A stretch of DNA of 64,000 nt. It comes from Tetramitus jugosus (taxonomy: Eukaryota > Protista > Heterolobosea). Under the pieces are notes generated by a model. The model worked only from the letters and a program-made list of their open reading frames with translations. It ran no database searches and had not been told where the DNA came from. Both the position numbers and the translations under genes were made by a program. Positions 55,482-64,000 of this stretch are shown one piece after another (the first letter of the stretch is position 1; every line of letters starts with the position of its first letter). Location: assembly GCA_937625935.1 (NCBI GenBank), contig OW569358.1:475434-539433 (forward strand), read 5' to 3'.

Positions 55482-56600
55482 TTATTGTCTGAATCTGAAA
55501 TCCACGTCCGAAAAAGTGCAATTCTTCAGTGGAGAATTGATCCAATTGGGCTTTCCCTTACTCCAATATGAAAACACTCCAATACAAGCTTTGTAATCTT
55601 TTTGAGGCTCCCTATATGCCGAATGATTGGTAAACAAAAGATGGAAACGACCCCAATCGTGAAGAACGGCAACATTGGAAGGCCCTCGCAGTCCATTGCT
55701 CCTACCAAATCTAGCAATAAAACCACCAGTGTAAGGATCCATTGTTGTCAACTGCTAAAATATTGGCACATTTAAACTGACCAGGTTTATCTCCCTTCTC
55801 ACCAAATGAAGTGACACCTGTGGCCAATTTTGAATCCAGTTTCACGATATTTGTTCCATTGCTTGGAGCAAACACATCTCCACTAGAATTCACAACACTT
55901 GGACCAATATGGCGCATCACTGTGGGACTGAAACGGAGCTCATCTGACAAGTATTCAATTACAGAATACTGTCCATGTTCGATTGCAGCTTCAACAAGAG
56001 TTGTATTGTTTCGTAATCGCTCAGAGGCGTAATGTAAAGCTGGACCACAATTTGTCACAGCCGTCCATATAACATCATAGTCATCTCTCCAGTATTCAGG
56101 AAGATGGTTTAAAGCCACCGTTGCTAATTCGTGTTTCATACAGCGCATTACAATGTCTCGATCATTTTTCAGTTCCTCTGACACTAATTCCACCACGACT
56201 GGATTCTCTCGAATCGCTTTTATCACAATCCTTTTGGTATTCCTTGCGATCAACGGCAAGTATTCCAGACAGTATGGTTCAACAGGAACTAAAAGCTGCA
56301 TCCACTTCTACTGCAGATGATATCATTGCTTCGTCATCTGAATACAACTTTGGATCAACATATTAAAGGAGAAAGTCATCTGTTGGGATCAGATCAGACT
56401 CTAGTGCTGCACAGAGTACATCTCGGTCCTTTTGAAGTTCCTCGTTTAATTCATAGAAATGAGAATGGTCATGCTTCAAGGCTGCAATAACAATATCTCT
56501 ATCCTTTAGCAGCTCTTTATCATCAATATGTTCAAATATGTCTCTGGTCTTCATTGCAATAAGAATCATTGCTTTGTCATGTGCAAACGATTCATCAACA
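55482..56600 (-). pseudogene. DUF4116-repeat + NHL-repeat gene remnant
   Basis: LLKDRDIVIAAL, ELQKDRDVLCAA, ELKNDRDIV, ALHYASERLRNN (DUF4116) and SFGEKGDKPGQF (NHL), split by an in-frame TAA at 56363-56365 and by frameshifts. Confidence 0.75.
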
Positions 56601-57127
56601 TAAATGTAAGCATATCCATCGTTCTGTACGCTTTGCAGGAATGCTTAAAGCGATGGAGAAAAAAGTATTTTATTTTGTATCAGAATCCAAAAGACCCAAA
56701 GAGTGTGCGCGAACATATCCACGGAGAAACGTTGCGATTGTTCATTAACACTGTCATACAAAATACTGAAGAAAAACTCGTTTTTGATCTCTCCAATTAG
56801 TCGTTTGATACTCAAACGACGTTTTGAGTCGTATGTAGCTGAACATGTTATTAAAACTATTGAGTTGAAGAGAAAGGAAGAGTGCGAAAGCCGCGCAGGG
56901 GAGTGTGATGAAGCATTATCCATCGAGCATCAGAGAGATTGCAAAGAGTTATGTGGATCACACAATTGACAAGAAAACAGCTATGGAACAGTTTGAAGCA
57001 AAGCTCGCTCGAGATTAACATATGTACTCTGCTTTTTCAACGAAGGAATGGTAAACAATCACATGGCGGTGTCAGTGGATAATACTAATGTCTCGGGCCC
57101 GAATGATTTCGTTTTCCCGAAAGCAGC

Positions 57128-58083
57128 TCAAAGCTCGTCATGTTCAACGTTAGGTCTTTTTATGGTTGCTAGATCATCAAGAAACAATTTAGTTTCCGTA
57201 AAACGTGTGCAATCATAAAAGAATTGGTCAAAAACGGCTGTACTTATATCCTTCTTCATTGGATTCCAGATATGGAGATACCCCTTAAATGTTGTAAATA
57301 GATCCTGCCAGTGATCGAATCGAGTGACGAAGCGGTTCAAGTCAAAGGTAACAGCTGTAACATTTGTTAAATGTGAATCGCGAACACCCCCAATAGTACA
57401 TTGGTGTATGACGATGGTAAAATATAGATATGTCTCTTATACTTTGAGCACCACTCAATTGCTTTGGAAAACCAACTGTTAAGGCCTGAATAATAACAAG
57501 AACTACATATCTATACGGTGTGAGAAAGATTTGGGCATTTCTTGTTCAGCCAAAACATCCTGGAAGTTTGTCTTGAACCTTGATCATAATCAGACAGGGG
57601 TCTAAAAACTCATACTTCAACAGAATTGCCATAACCAGAGAAGGAGACAACTTATGCTTTTGTACAAACTTGATTGTTACCGACTCAATGATTCTTGATG
57701 AGAGAGTTCAACTTCACCAGTCTACCCAGAAAACTTGTACGTCTCCATCATATCCTCAAAATTCTTGAAACTCTCGGTGCCGTAGTAGAGGTATCTCAAT
57801 GTCTCTGTAATTGAAACAATCGAGTAATTCTCAAACTTTTACACGCCCACACTATGATCCCCTTCGTTATTCAAAGGAACATAGTACAGTGAGTCAAGTT
57901 CTGGTCTTTAGGAGTGTTGCCATTGAACAATGACTGAAAGTAGGTAGATGTTGTAGCAAGAATAGCTTTGTGTGCTTTAATTCGATTGCCGTCCATTGAC
58001 TCCAACACAACATCTGTGTAGAGTTGCTGTCTGAAGATCTGAGATAAGGTTAACACTGATGGAGTCTTCACAATATTGATCAA
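57128..58083 (-). pseudogene. BTB/POZ-domain gene remnant
   Basis: YTDVVLESMDGNRIKAHKAILATTSTYFQSLFNG, followed by stops and short fragments. Confidence 0.65.
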
Positions 58084-58669
58084 CAGAGAGTTCTCAACTG
58101 TCGGTCAATGCTGACACCCTGAGGTTCACATCTGTGATCAAGGAATCGACAACCTCGGAAGAGAAAATGGTTGACAACAGCGACAAAGGGGACGTTGTTG
58201 GGGCTAGGATTGATGCGTACAATACCTCGAATCTCACTGAAGGATTTGATCAAACCACAAACAGAACGTTGCCACCAACCATCCCATTCCCGCCGGAATA
58301 CGAGGATCACACAGATATTCTTCCACAAGTTCAGCAACTCAAAGGAGTAACAATTCCCTATATTGATCTTTTGGTGTTTCTCCTTGATCCAAGAAAGAGC
58401 AATGTGCTCAATGATTGGAGTGAGAGAGTTCAAATCAAAATCTCGCGCATGAAGGCCAATAATCTCACAATATTATGGGAAGGATGTATGCGCCAGAGCG
58501 GTAGACACCAGATAGATTCGTTACAATAATCCACCAGATAGATTCAATATCGGAATGGAGTTGCTGGAAAGTGTGTTAAAAATGATCAATATCAAGATTG
58601 AATCATTTTCACCTTATAAAGTCTTCCTCCGCTTCATCAAACACACAAAAGAAACAATAATCACTCAGC

Positions 58670-60058
58670 ATGATCATCACATTCATCATTGCGCTCACTA
58701 CAACCATTTTCATTGGGAGAAGAGTATCACTATGGTTCGACGTTCAATGCTTCTACTTTCAAAAACTGTTTCAATCATTGTTCATGTATTCAGTTACTCA
58801 AGTGATACAAAGAGTAGTTGGAAATCGCTTTTCTCCCTTCTCTTTTCCTGACATTAATAATGGACATTCATCTAAAGAATGGTTACGTTCCGTTATACAA
58901 CACAAGATGAGTGAGAAGAATGTGACGGTTCCAAAGATTGAGAAAGTGGAATTCTCCTCAGAGAGTATTCATGGTGGGTTGACTGGTGATCTGAAAAAGT
59001 TAATTATTACTTGGTCAGATAACTCTGATGAGAGGCTGCCAAAATCTCTGATCGTAAAGTCAACATATCCTACATTAGTTAGTTTCATTGGATGTGCATT
59101 CACTGAAAGCTCTAGAGAAGTATGGTTCTCAAAACAATTTGCACAAGATGAGATATTTGGAACGCCAATTGTCTATTATGCTGAGACATCAGAATTCACT
59201 AGACAATATTTAATTGTAATGGAGGATTTGTCAGATCGTGCTGTACTGGTTGGGCATCTGTTGGGAAATCAGTGTTGGGGGAAGAAGAAAATTCCTAGCA
59301 ACGTTGAACAAGATCCAGTTCGTATAATAGAAGTTCTTTACAAGCAAGCAGCTAAAATGCATGCGAAGTTTTGGAGAGATGAATCACTATTGAGAAATTC
59401 ATGGATGAAATCTGCTGAATATCTGAAAGGTCAAAATCGAGTGAAATGGGAATTTTCCATGGAATCAATCAGACACAAGTGGAACAGAGTCAAGAGCAGA
59501 ATCAATAAGAATCAGACTGGAGTGAAATGGTCTGACAAGTTGATAAAAGAGGCAGATGCAACCTTGAGAAACACCAGCTGGGAAAACTTTCAGAGAGCTT
59601 TTGATGTTAAAGATAAGAACACTGCTTTCACACTATGTCATGGAGATTACCATGGAGGAAATGTGTTATGGTCACAAGATCAGAAAAACAGTAGAATTCC
59701 TGCTTACAATGTAGATTGGAGTGAGGCCGGTGTATTCTGTCCATTCACTGATCTTGCACAATTTGTGATCAGTCATCTCCCAATTGAAACGAGAAGAAAA
59801 CACGAGTACAATCTATTCAAAACCTACTATGTTCATCTGATCAAAAACGGTGTATCAGCTGAGACATTCCCATTGGATGCTTGCTGGGAAAGATACAAAA
59901 GTGGTGGAATCGAACGTTGGATTCAAATGTTAATCTTGTTGGATACACTGGATCTTCCAGAATTCTCCATCCAATGGTTCCATGATCAAGTAGCTGCATT
60001 CATTGAAGATCACGGCTCTCATCGTGCCATGCTCTGTACGGCTTATTGTTTCCCGTAA
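58670..60058 (+). CDS. Ecdysteroid-kinase-like / APH-choline-kinase superfamily protein
   Basis: LPKSLIVK, RE.WF, LIVMEDLS, AKMHAKFW, TLCHGDYHGGNVL, VDWSE...DLAQF; N-terminal hydrophobic anchor. Confidence 0.85.
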   Translation: MIITFIIALTTTIFIGRRVSLWFDVQCFYFQKLFQSLFMYSVTQVIQRVVGNRFSPFSFPDINNGHSSKEWLRSVIQHKMSEKNVTVPKIEKVEFSSESIHGGLTGDLKKLIITWSDNSDERLPKSLIVKSTYPTLVSFIGCAFTESSREVWFSKQFAQDEIFGTPIVYYAETSEFTRQYLIVMEDLSDRAVLVGHLLGNQCWGKKKIPSNVEQDPVRIIEVLYKQAAKMHAKFWRDESLLRNSWMKSAEYLKGQNRVKWEFSMESIRHKWNRVKSRINKNQTGVKWSDKLIKEADATLRNTSWENFQRAFDVKDKNTAFTLCHGDYHGGNVLWSQDQKNSRIPAYNVDWSEAGVFCPFTDLAQFVISHLPIETRRKHEYNLFKTYYVHLIKNGVSAETFPLDACWERYKSGGIERWIQMLILLDTLDLPEFSIQWFHDQVAAFIEDHGSHRAMLCTAYCFP

Positions 60059-60116
60059 ACACAATGAATTCACGTTCAAGAGTCCAATTACAATGACAAC
60101 TAATCACACTGTCTCA

Positions 60117-61744
60117 TCATTCAGTTTCCAGGATCATCATTCGCTGAAGAGTCAGTTGCATGTATGGTCCCAAATAACAATGAACTGCAAATAGAAGACA
60201 TTTCCAAGAAGCGATGCAATCAGCCATTGCATCGTGAGCATTATAGTCACCAAAGCCAAAAGTCTTGTGCAATTCTTCCAGAGCATATGAGTTCAGACCT
60301 GGTACTAAAAATCGAACCAATTTCATTGCGTTGCAGTAAGTAACAAAAGGAGGATTCATCGTACCAGTCTCTGCAAGGGCATTGTCCAACATGTTGATAT
60401 CGAAATAGTTGTTGGCCCAATAGAATATCAATATGTTTCCATAGACATTCAATTCCTCATCAAATCTGGCCCAAACGGTCATGACCTCGGATGGAGTCTT
60501 CGCGGTTCTAATCTCCTCAGACTCAGCTGTCTTATTGAACTTGTCTTTGTTCTTTGCTGATCTGGGTAGTGGCTCAATATATTCTCTCTTCGCGTACGAT
60601 CCCATTCCCTTCTGATCGAATACACTCACCTTTGCAGTCTGATAGAATAGCTTACCTCCAGGTCTCTTACAATTAGATTTCCAGTAATTCTCGCTCCTGT
60701 AACAAGACTCCCAATCCATAAAATAACTTCTGAGATTCGCTTCTGGTATGTATGAAGGCTTTCGATCCAAGTTGAGATCAGATAAAATCCTGGAAAAGGT
60801 GTTCTCAGGAGATCCCACAATCTGCAGCACGTTGTTCCTGACTATCTCCTTCTCATGTTCATTCAATTCGAGATAGTGTAGAAATGACTTGAGCTTAAAC
60901 CTCATGTCCTCTACACATAGATTGCTGTAGGCAATTCGATGCACCTTAAGGTAATCCTTAAGCTTCTCTCCCTTCAATAAATCTGCCTCATCGCTTGTAA
61001 TCGGTTCCAGATAGATAACATTTTTTCCCCTAGCATCAGTTTCGCTAGCAACTTCAGTGTATTCAGCAGATTGACTGAATGACTGCCCATTAGTTTCTAC
61101 CGATGGTGGCAATAGTACATAAACCTTTTGCTTGGCTTTCTTCTTGGCTTTCTTCTCCTCATACTGTGCGACGAGATCAATAGCGTTGTTATATTCGTTC
61201 ATCAGGTCGTCTCTGTCCAGTTTCTTCTGTGACTTACCTTTCTTCATATCCAGAACCATAGCATTGATCTTCTCGCGATCACTAGAAGATATGCTTCGAA
61301 TGAAATCCAGTGGAGGAAACTCGTTTCGAATTTATTTGACTCGGCTTGAATGAAACCAAGCACTACCTCCGGGGACCTGCTTCATTGACATACTGCAGCT
61401 ACCCACAATAGATTCTGCCAGACAACTAGTGGAGGCCACATATCCCGGCTTAGATTTGTCATGATCTGTGTATTGTGCGTACCGTCCCCCTGATCGGAAA
61501 TCAATGAGGAATTTCTAATACCTCAATCCATGCACCAAGAGTTACCTTTGTCTGGGAAATAGCAAATTCACGGTACGTCTCGACGCATTTGCGCATGATT
61601 GGCATCTTATCTTTCACACACGCAGAATCATATATCTGGTAGTCTGGATCAAACACAAAATTCGGTAGTAGCTCCGGAGAGTTAACCAATGTGTTCATGG
61701 AATCAACGTACGTAATCAATGATGGATAAAACTCAAATGCATTC
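60117..61744 (-). mobile_element. 5'-truncated transposase-like + SAP-like + DEDDh 3'-5' exonuclease fusion remnant
   Basis: Track ORF 60117-61259 has ExoI FMDWES, ExoII NNYFD and ExoIII AHDAMAD, plus SAP-like LKGEKLKDYLKVHRI. The frame extends upstream through one TAA (61332-61334) and a possible 31-nt intron or frameshift (61515-61545) to the telomeric tract at 61745. Confidence 0.6.
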
Positions 61745-61767
61745 TTGGGTTGGGTTTGGGTTTGGGT
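61745..61767 (+). repeat. Interstitial telomeric tract 1
   Basis: TTGGGTTGGGTTTGGGTTTGGGT, same orientation as the terminal array. Confidence 0.9.
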
Positions 61768-62199
61768 CTGTCTTGTTGTTAAGGAAAACCCGAGAATTTT
61801 GCTGTATTTGGTATCAGAGCGTTGAAATTTACAGTTTAGTGTAAAAAAAAAAAATTGAGTTCGGTTGAGTTGTGGCTTACAGGTTGAGGGAGTAAAAAGA
61901 AGACATATAGGACAAGAGCTGCATGACTTTTGGAGTCTATGATCAGATCGGAGATATTGAGGTTCAACGAACAGGGAGGTTCACGGTCCAGGACCGTGAA
62001 ATGATTTCCTGAATTTCATCTCAGGTCATTTGTCAGTGGAGCTTTTTGGGATCCAGCAAAGAATTTCGACCAATGGGCGAAGTGATTGTAACGGATTAAG
62101 AAGGAATACAACGCACCAACATGAATATGACAGAAGACTTGTGAAGGAGTTCAACCTGAAATACAATGACAGTCAATAGTTAGCTATTTGTCTTGATCA

Positions 62200-62217
62200 T
62201 GGGTTTGGGTTTGGGTT
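62200..62217 (+). repeat. Interstitial telomeric tract 2
   Basis: TGGGTTTGGGTTTGGGTT, same orientation as the terminal array. Confidence 0.9.
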
Positions 62218-62435
62218 GTCACATATCGGCTAGCCAAGACTGGCTGAATACAGTCAACTGTACGTTGTAAAGGTTGTTTTTGTATTCTTTATGGTCTGAA
62301 ATGTTCAACTTAAGCTTTGTGTGGAAAAACTCACTATAGATTGTGAACTAGCCCCCAAACTGTGATATGGAGTTGGGTTTTGAACTCAGAAAACCCAAAT
62401 CTCTATGAGCTATTGACTGATGAGTCGATAAAAAA

Positions 62436-62750
62436 TAGGCGGAACCAGCCATTTCGGCCTAGAAAAGCCTTTTTACAGAGGAACTCTCTGGTTCCGCCTA
62501 AAAGTTGGACTCACAAGCGGAACCAGCTGGTTCCGCCTAAAAGAGCTTTTTTTCAGAGGAACTATCTGGTTCCGCCTAAATTATCGACTTTACAGAGGAA
62601 CCAGCTGGTTCCGCCTAAAACTTGCTTTGTCAGTGGAACTATCTGGTTCCGCCTGTAATATGACTTTTTCAGTGGAACCAGCTGGTTCCGCCTAAACGCA
62701 CACATGTCTAAGAGGAACCAGATAGTTCCGCATAAAAAGATTTCTACAGA
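62436..62750. repeat. Subtelomeric ~39-bp array: 8 palindromic cores GGAAC(CAG/TAT)CTGGTTCC-GCCTAAA with variable 13-16 nt linkers
   Basis: Cores start at 62441, 62480, 62519, 62558, 62597, 62635, 62674 and 62714 (spacing 39,39,39,39,38,39,40). Confidence 0.95.
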
Positions 62751-63208
62751 GAAACTTGTAACTGAGATCAGAAAGGTTCGGACATCTGAAGGAAGATACA
62801 TTGTGACAGAGACGGTTGAACTGCAAGATTGAAGTCCTTCATAAATTGTTTGTAATGCTTAGTCGGTGAATACAATAGCCTGATGAATGCATTCTCGACT
62901 GGGAATGACATTGTCCAGTAACCGAAACGTGGGAAAAGGAAAAGACGAAGGACACGGCAGGAAATATTTTGTAACAAAGAATGATGAAGGAAGGTTCAAC
63001 ATGGATGAAGGAGTGTTGTTAGAATTACAATGAGAGTTTTGACATCGAGTGCAGAGATGCATGGAGCAAATTGAGAGGAAGTTGTAACAAGTGTTAGGAA
63101 GAAGTATCAAGGAAGTGAGAACAAGATTACAATGGTGGACATTGTATTCCTGCATAAAAATTGATTTTGAGATGGTTTTGTGATTTTGGTGAGAAAATAG
63201 ATTTTGAC

Positions 63209-64000
63209 TTGGGTTTGGGTTTGGGTTTGGGTTTGGGTTTGGGTTTGGGTTTGGGTTTGGGTTTGGGTTTGGGTTTGGGTTTGGGTTTGGGTTTGGGTTT
63301 GGGTTTGGGTTTGGGTTTGGGTTTGGGTTTGGGTTTGGGTTTGGGTTTGGGTTTGGGTTTGGGTTTGGGTTTGGGTTTGGGTTTGGGTTTGGGTTTGGGT
63401 TTGGGTTTGGGTTTGGGTTTGGGTTTGGGTTTGGGTTTGGGTTTGGGTTTGGGTTTGGGTTTGGGTTTGGGTTTGGGTTTGGGTTTGGGTTTGGGTTTGG
63501 GTTTGGGTTTGGGTTTGGGTTTGGGTTTGGGTTTGGGTTTGGGTTTGGGTTTGGGTTTGGGTTTGGGTTTGGGTTTGGGTTTGGGTTTGGGTTTGGGTTT
63601 GGGTTTGGGTTTGGGTTTGGGTTTGGGTTTGGGTTTGGGTTTGGGTTTGGGTTTGGGTTTGGGTTTGGGTTTGGGTTTGGGTTTGGGTTTGGGTTTGGGT
63701 TTGGGTTTGGGTTTGGGTTTGGGTTTGGGTTTGGGTTTGGGTTTGGGTTTGGGTTTGGGTTTGGGTTTGGGTTTGGGTTTGGGTTTGGGTTTGGGTTTGG
63801 GTTTGGGTTTGGGTTTGGGTTTGGGTTTGGGTTTGGGTTTGGGTTTGGGTTTGGGTTTGGGTTTGGGTTTGGGTTTGGGTTTGGGTTTGGGTTTGGGTTT
63901 GGGTTTGGGTTTGGGTTTGGGGTTTGGGTTTGGGTTTGGGTTTGGGTTTGGGTTTGGGTTTGGGTTTGGGTTGGGTTGGGTGTTGGGTGTGGGGTTGTGG
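63209..64000 (+). repeat. Telomere, (TTTGGG)n
   Basis: About 790 bp of near-perfect TTTGGG, G-rich strand running 5'->3' to the sequence end; irregular only in the last ~85 nt. Confidence 0.98.

Noticed and set aside
58506-58545. 14-bp direct repeat CACCAGATAGATTC x2
   Set aside because: A small local duplication in decayed DNA with only 12 bp between copies; no element evident.
1-60058. Alternative genetic code or stop-codon reassignment
   Set aside because: Conserved genes are uninterrupted in the standard code and end at TAA, TAG and TGA. In-frame stops occur only in the decayed subtelomeric remnants.
62418-62460. Hammerhead-ribozyme-like CTGATGA-GTCGA..TAGGC-GGAAC (also CTGATGA...CGAAAC at about 62880-62929)
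   Set aside because: The first has GGAA instead of GAAA and no closing stem I. The second has extra unpaired bases between stem II and GAAA. Neither forms a complete core.
62436-62750. Calling the array a bona fide CRISPR
   Set aside because: Linkers are only 13-16 nt and related to each other, there are no cas genes, and the context is a eukaryotic subtelomere. Kept as a repeat of unknown function.
62362-62801. Short ORFs across the palindromic array (RNQLVPPK repeats)
   Set aside because: A by-product of a 39-bp (3n) period; the frame shifts at the 38- and 40-bp units and the starts are non-ATG or arbitrary.
62859-63155. 98-aa Cys-rich minus-strand ORF starting about 54 bp from the telomere
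   Set aside because: No recognisable domain, and strand compositional skew can explain the open frame. Cannot be supported without expression data.
63915-64000. Variant telomere units (GGGG, TTTT, TGTT) at the extreme end
   Set aside because: Most likely low-quality consensus at the read or contig end rather than real variant repeats.

Overview
A gene-dense, intron-poor eukaryotic chromosome arm that ends in a telomere: about 790 bp of (TTTGGG)n at 63209-64000. The standard genetic code is used, and introns are 59-193 nt with GTATGT/GTAAGT/GTAGGT donors. RCC1, NHL, DUF4116 and BTB family genes and a mitochondrial class I fumarase suggest a heterolobosean (Naegleria-like) protist; this is inference. 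Positions 1-52.4 kb hold about 25 mostly intact genes: class I fumarase, FSP1/AMID-like oxidoreductase, beta-ureidopropionase, GT17/MGAT3-like, an H3K36-type SET methyltransferase, XRN2, Rac, Sec10, mitochondrial intermediate peptidase, Notchless, glycerol kinase and tRNA-Gly(GCC). This part also has a bacterial-like GNAT/Fem-fold gene and a Crinkler/RHS-like NTPase plus restriction-endonuclease-fold gene next to the tRNA. From about 52.4 kb the sequence becomes a subtelomeric zone of frameshifted and decayed genes. The last 4 kb is the most unusual part. A transposase-like/SAP/DEDDh-exonuclease ORF is cut off exactly at an internal telomeric tract. Two apparently non-coding, hairpin-rich modules follow, each bounded by telomeric repeats. 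The distal module carries an 8-unit, ~39-bp array of conserved palindromic cores separated by variable linkers, which is CRISPR-like in layout but probably not in origin.
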